Source: Bugula neritina (lineage: Eukaryota; Animalia; Bryozoa). From it: a DNA stretch of 64,000 nt. The notes under the pieces were generated by a model. That model was not told where the DNA came from, made no database searches, and worked only from the letters and a program-made list of their open reading frames with translations. Below are positions 25,201 through 40,200 of this stretch, in pieces; position 1 is the first letter of the stretch, and each line of letters starts with the position of its first letter. Location: positions 2,491,680 through 2,555,679 of the forward strand of contig OZ037767.1 in NCBI GenBank assembly GCA_964035545.1, in the 5' to 3' direction. The position numbers were made by a program, and so were the translations under genes.

Positions 25201-28200
25201 GGCAATATTAGCATTCTCATGAAGACCAAAGATCTCAGGTTCATCAATGAGGGGCAGCGAATCAATGTATTGCCTATATTCCTGAATGGTGTTCATGTTG
25301 GGGGCGTAGTACACCCCAGACGGGGAATACTTGTAGCCTTCCTCCAAGGTGTGGGTGGCAAAGAATGTTTTCAATATGGTAGACAAGCATCTCTGGTCCC
25401 ACTTATCAGTCACCCTTCCACCATACGTGATCTGAAGGCAACAGTTAATATAAAACAAGTTGCAGGGGTATAAAAACAGTCTTTCTGTACATTTCTTAAA
25501 TAAGAAGGAAAAGTTGAAAAAAATGACACTTGAAAACCTACACACATGACCTTTGACCGATGACCTACATGCATACCCTACGTACTGTATTTTAGTAACT
25601 ATATCAGTTTGAGAAGGTATGATTGAAGTTTAATTTAATTAAAGCCAGCAGTTGTGGGAAAATATGGCTTTTCAGTAAAAATAGAATTGAACGTAGCACT
25701 GAGAATTAAATATCCTGAATATTTTAAGGTCGGGTGAATTACCCAGCCCTACTAATGAAAACCAGACTTTTAGTAACATGACCCGATATTGCTCAACACT
25801 TTTGTGAATTTGTGAATCACTGAAAAGTAATTTAGAAGTCACAAATTCTAACACATTTAGCAAACGAGGCTAATTTTATATCAAAAGAATGAAATCACAA
25901 AATTTTAGGTTCAAGTACAGAATCTAGGATGTGAGCCCCATAATCAGACAGAATGTTTACAACCACACATACTGGTCAACAATATTTTTTCCAATGATCT
26001 ATACAAGACTGTAATTGATTTACTGTGATCCTTACCCTTTAATGAACCAACACGAAAATTGGCAGTCTTGAAAACATTAGCGTTTTGTGTCAAACAGAAA
26101 CATGTTATAATATTTGACTCATGTTGATTTTAATTTGACGTTTTACTATAGTTTGAGAAATTATTAGGTATAGGTAAGGACTGGAGGCATCATTGACTCG
26201 AAAATGATGGTAATTAGTGTGTCACCCAGCGAGTCGATGCTGGCTGGTACAGACCAACACCAGTAATTACTTCAAAGAAATAAACACTTGAAAATACTTT
26301 CTGTAAATACCTCCAGTAACCAAGAGCAATACTCTATATCGAGAAGATAACTCCTGTTAACAAACACATGCTTGTGTTTATGTAGAAAACCAAACGAAAA
26401 GCTGAAGAGTTTCAAGTTGGAGTGAGATAATATAGGGTAAATATAAAGTAATACTAAAGATGCAGGTATAGACTAAATTCCTCACCTCTCCAGTAATGTA
26501 GATGAGGGTGTCCCATGGTATGAGCCCCTCTGCACAAAACATCTGCATGTTGAGAAGAGCACATTCTCTATCACTGTCACTGAACGGGTACTACAAGCAA
26601 CAAGAAACTGATCTCAGCTGTTATAAATATATGTTATGGAATATATATTATACTTTTATGTTTACATGCTGTATATGCTATACACATGCTATATATATGC
26701 TATATATAGTATATACCTACATAAAATATATAGCGTGTTTTGTAAATGTATGTTAAAAATCACAGAATAATATATATGTTATTTAGCAAATGCTGACGGT
26801 AAAGAGGATTTGCCATGAATTTTTTTCATATACAATAATATAATAGACCTATACAATAATATAATAGACATATACAATAATATAATAGACCTATACAATA
26901 ATATAATAGACATATACAATAATATAATAGACCTATACAATAATATAATAGACCTATACAATAATATAATAGACATACACAAGAACATGAAAAATTAAAC
27001 TAACAAATAAATTTCCAACAACGTGACCTGTAATACACAGTGATCACATTTTATGGCAACTGGCCATCTTCTAGAGTTAAAAATAGATATGCACATAATC
27101 AGGTGACTATATATAAATATCATGGAGTACCCTTGGAAAATATCACTCCATACAGAGCACTGCAGCTATAACATTATTATGCAGAAGTTGTGCCATTAAA
27201 ACTGTATAATTAATTTCACTAAGTGGAGGAATTACAAAGCAGTTTTCACAGAAAATTTCTTCATATTTGTACACATCGGTACTAATAAAAGAGTGGCACT
27301 AACTTGGCTACAATCCAGCACCAAACTCAGCCAAGTTCCAGAAAGGCAAAACAAAAGCTGAAAAGAATTTCTCTTTAAAAAAGATAAATGAGAAATTTGG
27401 TCCTACTTTGTAAGAGACTGAGTAGAGTACCAGCTATTGAGTAGATATTAAAAGGGAGTAAAGCACAGCAAATAAAAGTGACTGGTACATCACGTGATAC
27501 AGCGGAGATGGAGATGGAGTTGGATATCCTTAGTGTGTTAGTTGAAAAATGGAAGTTAGTATCGCAATGACAGTTGAGTGCTTCCATTTGTGACTACATT
27601 CCAATAAAAATCATCAAAATACAGCACGGAGCAGTATTTTTTGCTCAGTTAATGCAAAACTGAAACTAATTACTAAAACAACTCCTGATTCTAAAGGCAT
27701 CGACTGTACTCGGTGCAAACTCACTAGAATATTATATAATCAGTAAGTTTGCATAAGGAAGGGAGGCAACCTAATAGTATATGCAGTATTAGAATATTAG
27801 TATATCCACTGCAGGGTACTGTGTATTACCTTTATGTTCCAACCCAACGGTCCAAATTTCTTCCGCTCTTGAAGGATGGCGTGGAAGAAACAAATGCCAA
27901 ATATCACTTTGCGCCATTTCATTCCAAGAACTAAAAATGCAATTCAATTATTTATACAACTGGCAGTTGGTGGTACTGGCTTGTCTTATGAACTAAATAC
28001 GACCCTTTGACACTTGTGGTAATAAAAACATTCTACTTTAAGGATGTTGAGCATGGCATAGATATGCACCTGAGGGAAATTGTTCAACACTTTGAATATA
28101 AGTTACCATTTCCATATTAGGAGCTGATATTAGTATCAACAACAGAGTATAACAGAGTATAGCAGAGTATAGTAGAGTGTAACAGAGTATAACAGAGTGT

Positions 28201-31200
28201 AACAGAGTATAACAGAGTATAACAGAGTATAACAGAGTATAACAGAGTATAACAGAGTATAACAGAGTATAACAGAGTATAGTAGAGTATAACAGAGTGT
28301 AACAGAGTATAGTAGAATATAACAGAGTATATAGTAGAATATAGCAGACAGATTATAATATTTATAAGAATTAATAGAAAGTGAAAGTAACATTTGTCCA
28401 CACTAGTTGCTGACAACTTAAGTTTAATCTTTCCCTACTTTCTCTTAATCCCTAGTTCTACGTCATAAATCTGCAAATTTTTTGCAGAAGACCTGCAGAA
28501 AATCCGTGTGAACAGCTCCCTCCCAATCAGCTGAGACATCATAACTCACACATGCAGAGTGAAGAAGGCGGCCGTGAGAATAGAAGCCCTGAACAGCTAA
28601 TAGTTATGATGTTATACCTGCTTCAGCCACTTTTGTGGTTTCTAATCCCTTTAAGCTACTTTGGACTTGTAACTTAAAACCAACCATTCCTTACAATCTT
28701 TTACCTGATTTCCAATTTTTAAATATTCTGGCCTGATATGAGGAGTAGCTGCCCCTAGGAGAGGTTCTGAGTAAATCTCAGTTTGAGCACAGCGTTGCGT
28801 AGGACACCCCCCCCCCGCACCCAGTAAACTGGTGTTAACACACTTACTATTTTCTTCGAAAAACTTGGCAGTCATTTCAGTGAAAGCTCTCCTGGTGTTG
28901 GCTCGCAGCCCTTTAGGAGGCTCATTGGTGACCTTGACACTGTTCTGAAGGACGCTGACCGGGAAATGTTTGGCCGGCATCGAAGACAAGTAGAGCCGGA
29001 AGTCCTCGTGAATATCCTTAGGATTCTCTTGCATATTCTTGATAGTATTCTCCATGGGAATCATCCAGCTAGCGGCAAGATGGCAGTTCTAACAAAACAA
29101 GCAAATGGAATCGCTAAAAAATCAACAGAAATCACAGGATATATTTCAATATAATAAAATCAAGCTCATTAGTTTCGAAGTATCAAGTAGACAAATCTTC
29201 ACTCCATATCCTGCCGCAATAAAACTGCTCAGTTACATACAATCATCCAAGATATTATCATATAGCAGTTTTTATGTTTTAATTTTATCATATGAAAAGA
29301 TCTCCCACCACCACCTTTATCATTAGAAAGCTGGGGAGTTCTTTTCTCCAACTAACATCATGTTTTGTATTCTCTTAAAAATATATTCTACGATTTATCA
29401 TCAGTTTTGTAGAAAGGCATAAGTGTTCAAAAATATATCTTTCTCCTTACATAACGTATTCATCGACATTGTTACTTAATGCACCCTATTTGCAATGACA
29501 TTAGTTTCTTTTTTATTCAATCACATTTATGTTAGCTAGATTGAGTCAGTCTCAGACCTTCTAATTTGGCTAAAACGTGACGAGTGGAAGATTTTTAAGG
29601 AAACTTATTACAACATATACAAGCATTCTATTTTATAACCATGATGTATACATCAGTGAATAATGTACATATAACTACTCAATTTCTATCCGACAAGCAT
29701 TCATAGGGAAGAACAATAAAGGAACAAGGCTGTGACTTTATATAGACTGTGGACCAAAATTACTAATCACCCCCTTACCTGGAGAAATACCCAGTCCCCG
29801 TCCTTTGCAGCATGACTAATCATTTTCTCGGCAACTGGGCCTTGGCCTTGGCCCAATGATATGCTGTAAACTTTCTCGGTCATTCCTCTCTCTTTAGCAA
29901 ACCTTTGAATCACATGAAATTCATTTTGAATAAATTTCTTTAAATATAGTATCCAGCGCATAAATATCATAAATATAGTTTTTATGACAATCAAACATCT
30001 GCCAAACTCTGATTATTTCATTTTCAAAATATAATTGTGAAATGTAGCACCAAAATACAGGGAGTTTTTAAATCGCATAATTACTACCAGATATTAATAG
30101 TTGGCAAATGTATTGATTAACATAATTAATCTTCCCAAAGTGTTAAGCAATGACAACACAAAGCACACATTCTTCCTGGTAAAGTCACATGTCACTATAT
30201 TATGTGTGCGTGACGAGCTAAACCGCACCAGCTGATCAACCATAACATTTCAATTGCACAGTTTATACACTTATAAGTGGTATGAGTAAAGCGTTGAATA
30301 CTACAAACCAACGTCAACAATGATGGAGTTAAATTTGCATTGCAGTCACTGATTGGTGAACAGTTTGTTACAAAAAGTTTTAAAATGCATTTTTTAAGTT
30401 TAAAAATTTATGACTAATAAAAACATAAGCAATCATGATGATATGCTTCTAATTTCAGTCGAGTACTTTTAAAGTACCCCTGTAGCAAATTGCACCATCT
30501 TTTTATAAAAAACTCTGATCTAAAGTTATTTTTATTAAAAAACAGCTGGAATGGTGTGTGGTGATTGTGAGCAGTTATAAGGGCATATGTACTAAAGTCG
30601 AGATAGCTATTGCTCATAACTGACTTCAAATATCCTTATTTAGAGATCAACTGAAGTGAAGGTCATAAACTAAATTCTAACTTCGTCACTTCAATATTTC
30701 CAAACAATCAGATAATAGGAGATCTAATTTAGGCCGACAGCCATTTAATTGAATACTTTGACACTTTTTCTAAAATGTTGGTAAATTGCAGAGTTACAGA
30801 GGTTCACCCGGTAGTCAAATCAATTTAAATTGGAAATACAAAACATTTCAATTAAAATTGTATTTAATATAACATCCGTGACAGTCTTTTAACAATGGTG
30901 GCTGTACTAATTACAGTTAATCAATCAAAGGCAACTAACTACACAGACTACATGGATATAAAGATATGCCTTTGATGACTCATTTCTAAAATAAAATATC
31001 ATTTTATCAATTAGACTGAGCACTGCTAGTACGGACTTGCCGAATGTTTTCCTTAACTTTAATATAATGAAATAATATACTAGACTACACAAAAATTAAT
31101 TTACAAAGCACTAATTTGCTTAAGCAACCTTTACAAGAAGTTACTATTAAAATGTGTGTATACATTGCATATGCAAAATTGAAAGTATTTTAATAAACAT

Positions 31201-34200
31201 TGATGTCTTCACATATGCTCTAGACTGTAGAGGTACCTGAGGAAGTTGCCCATGGGGTCGGTACCAGTACTCAACACAAACACAAGGGGCGTAATCTTCG
31301 TCATATTGTCGTAGAGAGTCGCGAGGCCGACTTCAGGCGATTCCACAAACTTCGGTCCAAGATTCAAACTTACAAAGCTGCTGACACCAAATACAACCTA
31401 CAAACAAAACATACAACCACCGTCCATCTTTGAAAGTTTTCTGACCAGTATTTTAAACAAATATATTTGTACAAGTAGAGTTCTAGACTACTTAATGAAC
31501 ACTTTATTCAGTGTTTACTTTTTCATCTCTGAAAGCTTTGACAAAAACGAGTTTCTGGAAAGTTGTTAGTTTTTTGTCCCAGTGTCCGCTGCCGTTCCAG
31601 CTGCCGTCTTCCTCCTGCACAGGCTCTGGTGGCAGTGGGCCGTACTTCTCCCAACTTTCTGGGTTAGCGTGTATGGTGAGATCACCTGCACACAGTAGAC
31701 AGACAGGTTGAAGACATGGTTGGTGGGTTACTTGAAAAAAACTAGATACACAGAAAGATAAAGCTGATCATAGATGGTCAACGGCTCATAAAAGGGGACA
31801 ACTCTATTGTTTACTTTAGTAATGTATATTTTATAGCTGATGGAAAACTTGCCGAAATATTAGAAAATTCTAATAGTAAACGATGTCTCGTATGAAACGG
31901 TTGTAGCAGCACACAATTCCATGGTGAGACAACTCTTATACTGAAAGGAGTACTTATCCCGAGAAAATGCCTTACCAAGTGAAACAAAACAGGGAGTTTT
32001 GAGGATGTCCTCGGAGATACCACTGAAAACAGGAAGTACACTTTCTAGGTCACAAGCCGCATCCCATATATTCTGTCTGAGCCACGGAATTCCATTTGGT
32101 ACAGGGCTACGTTTCTAAAGCATAGGATATAAGATGTTTTTACGCAAATGTTTGTGATTCATACAAACCTACTGAATAATATAATACACACTGTGTAAAC
32201 ATATGATGAGCATTTACTCATCACCACGACTGGTGCCAGTAGTAGGTACATAAATGCTGTATCTATAGAAATATATGACATAAATCAAATGAGTCACTGC
32301 TAGTATTATACAAGACCAAGTATAAACTCTGACATTACTATAACCAAGTATTCAGTTACTACTATAAATGATTGTAACAATAGATATTATTATAAATAAC
32401 TATACAACTACTATAACTAACCATAACTTATAATATCATAACTGGCTATAAATAAATACATCCTAATAATGGAGAAGTTTCAAACAGTTGGTCAATTTTA
32501 AAATAATTCAATTACTTTAACTAACTGCTCGCATCATTGATTTTCATTATGATTGCTACCATGACTGTAAGTACAGACTATAGCCATTAGTATATTTGTA
32601 AGTAAAAACTGAAGCTGTTAGTAATAACTGTAAGTGCAGGGTAAAATTAGTATTATAACTGTTAGTATAATTGTGAGTGCAGACTATAACTCTAATAATG
32701 ACTCACAGTTTCCATGCCCGCTGAGCCGCGAAGGAAGAAGTTCCACTCTCCGAGGTCAATATTTCCAGCCGTTCTCATGATCTCAGAGCACAGCATGAAG
32801 GAGAACACCAGCTTGTCTTTCTCAAACAGACCTGAATACAAACCACGCCGGGTTTTAGTTATCATCATTATGTTAATAATTTATGAGAAGATTACAGGAG
32901 CAGAAACAGACAATTTATAAGCAAGTTTGTTTAAAATATTTCATGTTAAAACTCGTAAAACACATTTTTATTGCAGGAAATAAAAATTGCCAAGTTACTG
33001 ACAGTTCTTATCAGTGTATGTGATTGCAATGCTAACTTTTAGGGTGAATTGTGCCAGCTTTTAACATAAAAATACAGCATAGAAAAATTTTGGTTTTAGG
33101 CAACACAGCATCTCAGTCTAGTTATAGAAGTTATGAATCATCCCCCCCCCCTTGGACTATATTCTCACCTCGGGCTACATTATCGTATATAGTCATAGTT
33201 GTGGTCTTCAACAGAATCTCCAGTCTTTGGTCTAAATCTTCACCTTTTTCGCTATTTTCTATTGTCATGTTGAACAACTAAAACAGGTATGATCAGTTTT
33301 ATATACGGCAGCAAACACCAATAACAGTAGCAGCAGCAGCAACAACAGTAGCAGCAGCAACAGTAACAGCAGCTTATACTTTGTCAATTGTAGGCTACAC
33401 ACATGAAAGGCAAAAATTTCACAAGAATTTCGTGTAAAACAGTACTGTCTACAGCAAGCATATTACTTGGTGCTGCAACAGCTACAATTCTGTAGAGATG
33501 ATAACTCCTTGGAAATATACTTAAATTTACTTGACATTTAATCGTTACAAAATAAGTATGTTTGAACCTCTAGATATGCATCTAAATACAGTATTTAAAC
33601 TCAAATTAGCCCAGTGTGCCTATGGGTTACCTGCTTGAAGTATTTCAGTGAGAACTGGTACATGGGGTCGACAACTCCCATATCCGCTACTACAAAGTAC
33701 ATCACAGAGCCACGTGTGGCCACACTACGGTACTTCTCTCTAGCTATGGTGATCTTAGCTTCAGTCTGTTCGGCTTCGGCCAATCGCTTGTTGATTGCGC
33801 CAGAAGTAACCTATCACAGACAAGCTTGCATTTCAGCACAGTCTTAGGAAATCAACACAATAAGTCCTGGAGTTTTTCATCAATTTACTTACTCTCTAGT
33901 TCTAAGCTAAACCAAAATACCTCTTAAATACAGGTTAATAAAATCATCTAAAGTTGCCATAAGCTAAGAATAACAATAGCAGTACATTATGAAAGCAGCT
34001 ATATTATAAGGTGAAATCAAACCAATCAGCTGCTTTTTTACATATTTTTGTTAAAGATAACATGAGCTGACATAAATATTGTAGCATCATTACAACATAC
34101 ATATAATAAAATGCTACAACAAATTAAACTATGATTTTAGAAACAAACATACCTTAGAATCATTGAGTGTGTTGATCAAATCTTCATTGTCAAGAATATT

Positions 34201-37200
34201 TCCTTCAGACTCAAAGAGCAGTTTCAAAATTTTATCTTCAATAGCGTTGAGCTGATTTTTATCAGCATTGATTCTGACAATAAGCTGGGTTCTCTGTTCC
34301 TCCAGGTCTGGTCTCTCTAGACTCACCACGTCTGAGAGGATCTGATCTTCCAAACCTGCAGCGTGTGTAAACAACGGGGATAGTGTACTCTATTAACCAA
34401 TCAGATTCATGTAGGAACATAATATATTAAGGTTGCTTAATTTTATTCATCCTATATCTTACAAACTCATGTGGGTTTATAACCGCCATCCCTGTAGACA
34501 CCCTGATGGAAAGACTTTTAAATTGGTCTAAGCACATGTTTTTATTGTGGCAAAATAGCAATTATGAATGCATGCCTTTCCTAACATTACTAATGGCCTT
34601 TACTGGGGTTTGAACCCATGACTTAGTGTTTACTGAACCAACACTCTAACCCCTAGACCACGGCTGCTACCTCCATCTTATATCTTAAACTAACCAAACA
34701 TTTCTTTTGACTAATTACAATGCTAGGTTTTATCGACTGCCATGCTCCAAAACTATCAGATTGCTATGAAAACACTCACCTTAACTAGAGGTATTGAAAT
34801 ATGTGCTTTGTGCTGCAAACTTCCGCATTTTACAAAAAAATTACATTATAATTTTGTATTATATTCTTTTCATGATGTCTAAGTAAAGATAACTTCCTAT
34901 TATAATATAATTAATTTTTCTTTTCTCTCATTGAATAATTTTCTTTATTATCTATAAACCTGTTATTAGCCTGTATTCCTCATGTTTCAATTATTAAACT
35001 GTACACTTTCCCAAAAATGACTCTCTTTTTGATAAATAATCTTTCTTTTCTCAACAGGGTAAATATGTAAACAAATAGCTTTACAAATTGTCAACAAGAC
35101 TCAAACTTAAAACCTGTCTAGTATATGACTCTGATACTAACCTCCCTTGGTTACCGTGAAGTTGATGATGGTTACTTTAATGCAGACCTCCGGCAGGTAG
35201 TGGGGATTACTCATCTTTGTCGTCATGTAGAACTTGAAGTTACGGTCATAGTCAATATCTGAGTCACCAAGACGAATCAACAGTCGACCTCCCTTTAATA
35301 TCCACACATAATTTGTAATATTCATTATATGTAACGTCATTAGAGTTAAGTTACTTGATACTGTTGAAAGAGGTAAAAAGTGTCAAACGCATATCAAATA
35401 TCACATGACAACCGCTTGACAACTCCTATTGTTTTTTACTGTTAAGCAACGTACGCTTGCATAAGTGTAATTTCTCCAGCAGATAGCTTAAAATTTTTAC
35501 TATAAATTTTTTAAATACTATTAGACTTATAAAAAATTCAAATTTCAGCTCAAAAATACAATTTCCTAAATCTATGTATATGTTTTCTAAGCACCTATTT
35601 AAATCGCTAGTAAGAATAAAATAAAATCGCTCAACTAGCTATAACCTTTTGTACTCTACAGTGATATAAAAGAGTTACTATGAAAGAGGCCACATCCTAC
35701 CTGAACAAATGTCTGTTTGAGTAGAATTGGCTCCAGAGAAGGATCTAGAAACTCTCCCAGTTCCTCCAGCAGCACCGGCATACCAATCCTGATGCAAGTC
35801 TCCAGAGTTCTGAGAAACTGGCCGTCAGTCAACTTGATTATCTTCAGTCCATTCCTCTGCTCCTTGTTGCGTATCCACCTAATGATATCGAAGACTTTCT
35901 AGACATGATACATAGTAGAAAGTTGAAAGTGGCAATCACATATAACCGGTACTATTAAATATGAAGTTATTTTTAAATTTGATAGAACTTGACAAATTCA
36001 ATAGAGCTTTAGAAACTCAAGAAAATATGAATCTCACTAAACACTAATTTGGATTGCGGACCGTTACAAAAAAACCATAACGGTCCGCAATCGAAAGTAG
36101 CTGAATAATTAGGAAAAAACATGGGAAATCAAGCAAAACTAAAAAGAACCTTGATTATTTAGGTATATTTATTGATATTTTACGAATTTTGGGCAAAAGC
36201 CTTTGTTCATTAGCAGATAAATTGTAAAAAATAGCTAAAAACTGGAGTCTTCCAGTGTGTACTAAATTAAGTAAAATGACCCACTTCTAAGTTAAAAAAA
36301 GGTTTAACCGCCATACAAATTCACTCTAAATAAGTGAGTCACAGGAAAGAGATACAATCATTTTGGAAAACTATGAACCACCAGGAACTATTATTATCTT
36401 CTGACAGCGAGAGTTAGACTCTACCTGTTTGCCTGGTCTTGTGGGTCTATCATCAGAGGCCAACGTCTGCCACGAGTCACCAGAATGGCGTTCTCAGTGG
36501 AGAGATTATCTCTTGGTAGACCCTCTGTGTTCCACTGTCTTATCTCAAACGGATCAGCAAGTATCTGTAATTATTGTATCAGAATAATGAGATGCTGTAT
36601 AACTCAGCAATAGAATAACATGGCAGGAACACTAGAAATAATAAAATAAACTAAAAACATGATCTAAAGAGCTAAATATTTACAATACCATGAGATGCAT
36701 CATAAAATTATTTTATATACATTCCAGAATGAAGTGACATGACAAATTGAGTACAATTTCCACAAAACATACTCTTTAAATGCTAAAAATAACTTCAACT
36801 AAGTTCCACTCACCTTAACCAGAGAAAATTCCGGAGAACAGGGAATCTCGAGCTCGGTGCAGCGCTGAGTCCACTGATCAATGAGCTCCGTCCGGTAGAC
36901 GCTGGTGAAGGCGCCGTAGTACGCCACGCAGGCAGCCGCCACAAACACATCACCAACTACGTTACCCAGGCCTTTGTTGAAATCCTAAACATATACATTA
37001 CATTATTCTGTAAAATGCGCATTAAAAAAACCAACAATAAAAAAAGAATAAATTAAATAATGTTACCCACTGTGTATGATACTCTAATATGAAACAGGCA
37101 ATAAACGAGCATTACTATTCAACTTAGAACTTGGCTCAAAACTTCATAAGCTCCGTTTACAGTCTCAACAGCTTTTCTTGTGACTAAATAATTATTGAAA

Positions 37201-40200
37201 AAAAAATAGTTTGCTCAAAACATAACATATTTCACAACCATATAGACAAGATATGCTTAACTATGGCAACATTTATTGTATAGAAACAGAAATGGTTTTC
37301 TATAATTTAGCAAAAAATCTTTGGCAGGCCGGTAAGGGGAGCAACAAGAATGGATACACATGGATAAAAAGTTACTTGCTACACTTTCAGCCAATTTTTT
37401 CAATTTCAAATATTGGTAATTAGATGGTATTCTTTCATAGGTAAAGGTAAACACCAAAGTAGCCGGTGAACCAATAAAGAATAGTAATTAGTATTTTAGA
37501 AACACAGCCAACTGACCTTGACATTTTGATCCCATCTGATTTGTTCGTCACCGAGTGCAGACGTCAGTTTAGATGCTCTCTTCAACCTGGCGCCAGTCTG
37601 AGCAATGGATTTCTCCAGTCGGCTTTTCTCACTCACACTGTCATCGTACGTCTTCTGCAGCTTGGCTATCTCCTCCTCGACTTCTGCTAGCTTGTCCTGC
37701 TTCTGCTTCAGAGATGTCATGACAGCAGCAAGTTCTGATTGGGCAGCAGCCAACCTGGTGAAGAATAGAGGGTGGGTGAACAGGTAGAGAAGGTAAGAAT
37801 AATTACATTATTAGAACTTTTATTTTGCTCATTGGTTTTACATCATTTGCAATAAAATGTAAAAGTGAGACCAATTGTCGGAAGTAACTATTTACTAACA
37901 AAATAAAAATTGCTTGAAAACCAATAAAGAAAATTAAATAGACCCTCCTATTTTGTGATACAAAACTGCCCAAGTTAAATATATTGTACACCAAAACCCC
38001 TTTTGTATAAAAATCCCTAAAAATAATCAAACGTAATAATAATAGTTTCAATAATAATAATCAATAATAATTTCAATCCCTTGAAATAAATTTGAAGAAA
38101 ACTAGAAACTAGAAATTTTCAATATGATACTCTATTTGTTACATAAAAAAGTGTAGCGATTACTTAAAATTTAAGAAAATGGCTTACTTTTGCTTCTTGG
38201 GCTGAACAGTTCTAAAGACGTTGGCATAGAGCTCAATGGCTCTCACCCACATGCACAGAGACTTGGCTGCTCTAGACACTTTCTCTACAATTTCTGGAGT
38301 AAACTTGGGGTTTTCTACGTACTTTTTCACCTTCTTAAGCAAACTACAAAACCCAACAAATATTATTACAATATATAAAATCTTCACAGATCAAACTAAA
38401 AAATCACACCACAAAAAGATGGACAAAGCATAACTAAACAAGTATTACTCAAAACTTCTTTAGTTTCATGAGAAATGCACCGAAACCTCAAGTTTTGACA
38501 CTTGTAGTCTTAATTCTAAAAACAGCACATCAACATCAACAAATCATGCCATCTGATAAATAGTTTCAAGTTTCAAACAACATTTGAACAAATAAGGTTC
38601 TCATAATTCACTAGTTTTCAACTTCTATAAGATGACAACTCCCAACAGCTGAAACATTTTAACATGATTGTCTAAACACTGTATAGTAAAGTTGTACACT
38701 GAGTTAATCACACAACATTTTAGAGTTGCCCACTCATCTGACTACAAATTGCCAGTTTGCTAAAAATACATCTCTACGAAATATTATGTTTATAAATTGC
38801 CCTCACTTGTCTGGAATATTATCCTTGTCGTAGTCGTACAGTCTCTTTAAAAATGTCGGATCACCAAGGAACTGTTTGGCAGACGCCCAATCAGCTTTCT
38901 TGTTGTTGAGGATACAAACTGCTTCCATGACAGTTTCGACGAGCTCCGGCGGTTTCGTGAAAACACGTACCTCAGAAATATCATTCTTATCCAGAGCATC
39001 CAGTGCCTGTGATAAGGAAAGAATAGAAAATATTACGATTTTCTCAACTGATTAATTGTGCCAAGAATAAAAGCTCAGTGTTGGAAGTTGTGCGAGTATT
39101 TGTGATGTCATAAAGATCTATGACATCATCAGCACATCTTCCTAGTTAAAAACCCAGTACTGCTGTACATTAGCCATGTAGCTTGGTCATCATGCCACTA
39201 TTACAGTATAACGGTCTTTATTCCATTCAATACACCACTTGAAAAAGTTACTCAGGAATCAAGCTATAAATGCTACAAAGACTACAAACAAAACAGAGCA
39301 CACCATCTCTTATTTTGCAAAAATTTAAAATAGCCTTAGTACCTTGACGGCAGCATCCAGGGCAGGCAGGGCCTCGTCTAAGTCAGCTTGAGCATCATCA
39401 GCAATAGCCTGAGTCTCTTCGGCCTTAGCCTTGGCTACAGCCTCGTCTTCCATGACAACGCTCCGTACAGCATCGGCTTTCTCTTGGTCCACAACTAGCC
39501 TTTCCATGAGAGCCGTAGTATCAGCCTATTAAATACAATTCTTGTATCCCAACAGCTATGATGATAGATAAGAACACAGAAGACAGATTTGTCTTTAAAA
39601 GGTAGTAAAATATAGTCACATGTTAACATTACTTGAACGTCTGCTGCAATTAAAACAAAAAAAACTGGTTTTAGCTTATAGTTAGGGCAATGCTGAGAAT
39701 GATTTCTTTATATAACTAAACTAGAAATACTACTATATAATTCAACTCTAGAATTCCTTGCACATTTTCTTTTTAATCGTTGAATTCCAATATAATGTAC
39801 CGTGGCTAAACTTTCATATAATGTAGATAAGTTAGTATGATTGTTGAAGCCTCAAAGCCTGCCCTACACAACAGTTGTATTCCTTGTAAATAAGCAGACA
39901 ACTCTTACATACGTTTGGCTATCATTCATAGGTCAATAGTTTGAATTCTAGACTGTGTATATTCTTTTAACTCATGGGGTAATAATACCACCCCTAGTAC
40001 AGACTGGAAACAGCCCTTACCTGTTTCACTTTCAACTCTGGTTCCAAGGCTACCAGCTCAATCTGCATTTTATCTACTAAGTCGTTAGTTTCCAGAATTT
40101 TCTGCAAGCCGTTAGCCACTCGGTCTCGTGCTGACACAAGCTTTCTAAAAGCACATGTTTAACAGCTGCAGCTTTGTTTTTCTATTTCAACACATATTTA

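Noticed and set aside
31690-32700. Apparent missing DNAH6 exon or phase mismatch, plus weak antisense similarity between 31891-31931 and the adjacent exon
   Set aside because: The exon is present at 31977-32114 ([12 protein letters not shown]...FVSL) and restores phase. The antisense match needs several gaps and is probably chance.
34595-34670. Possible tRNA gene
   Set aside because: A and B boxes are present but the stems are broken and a SINE-like body follows; called as a SINE instead.
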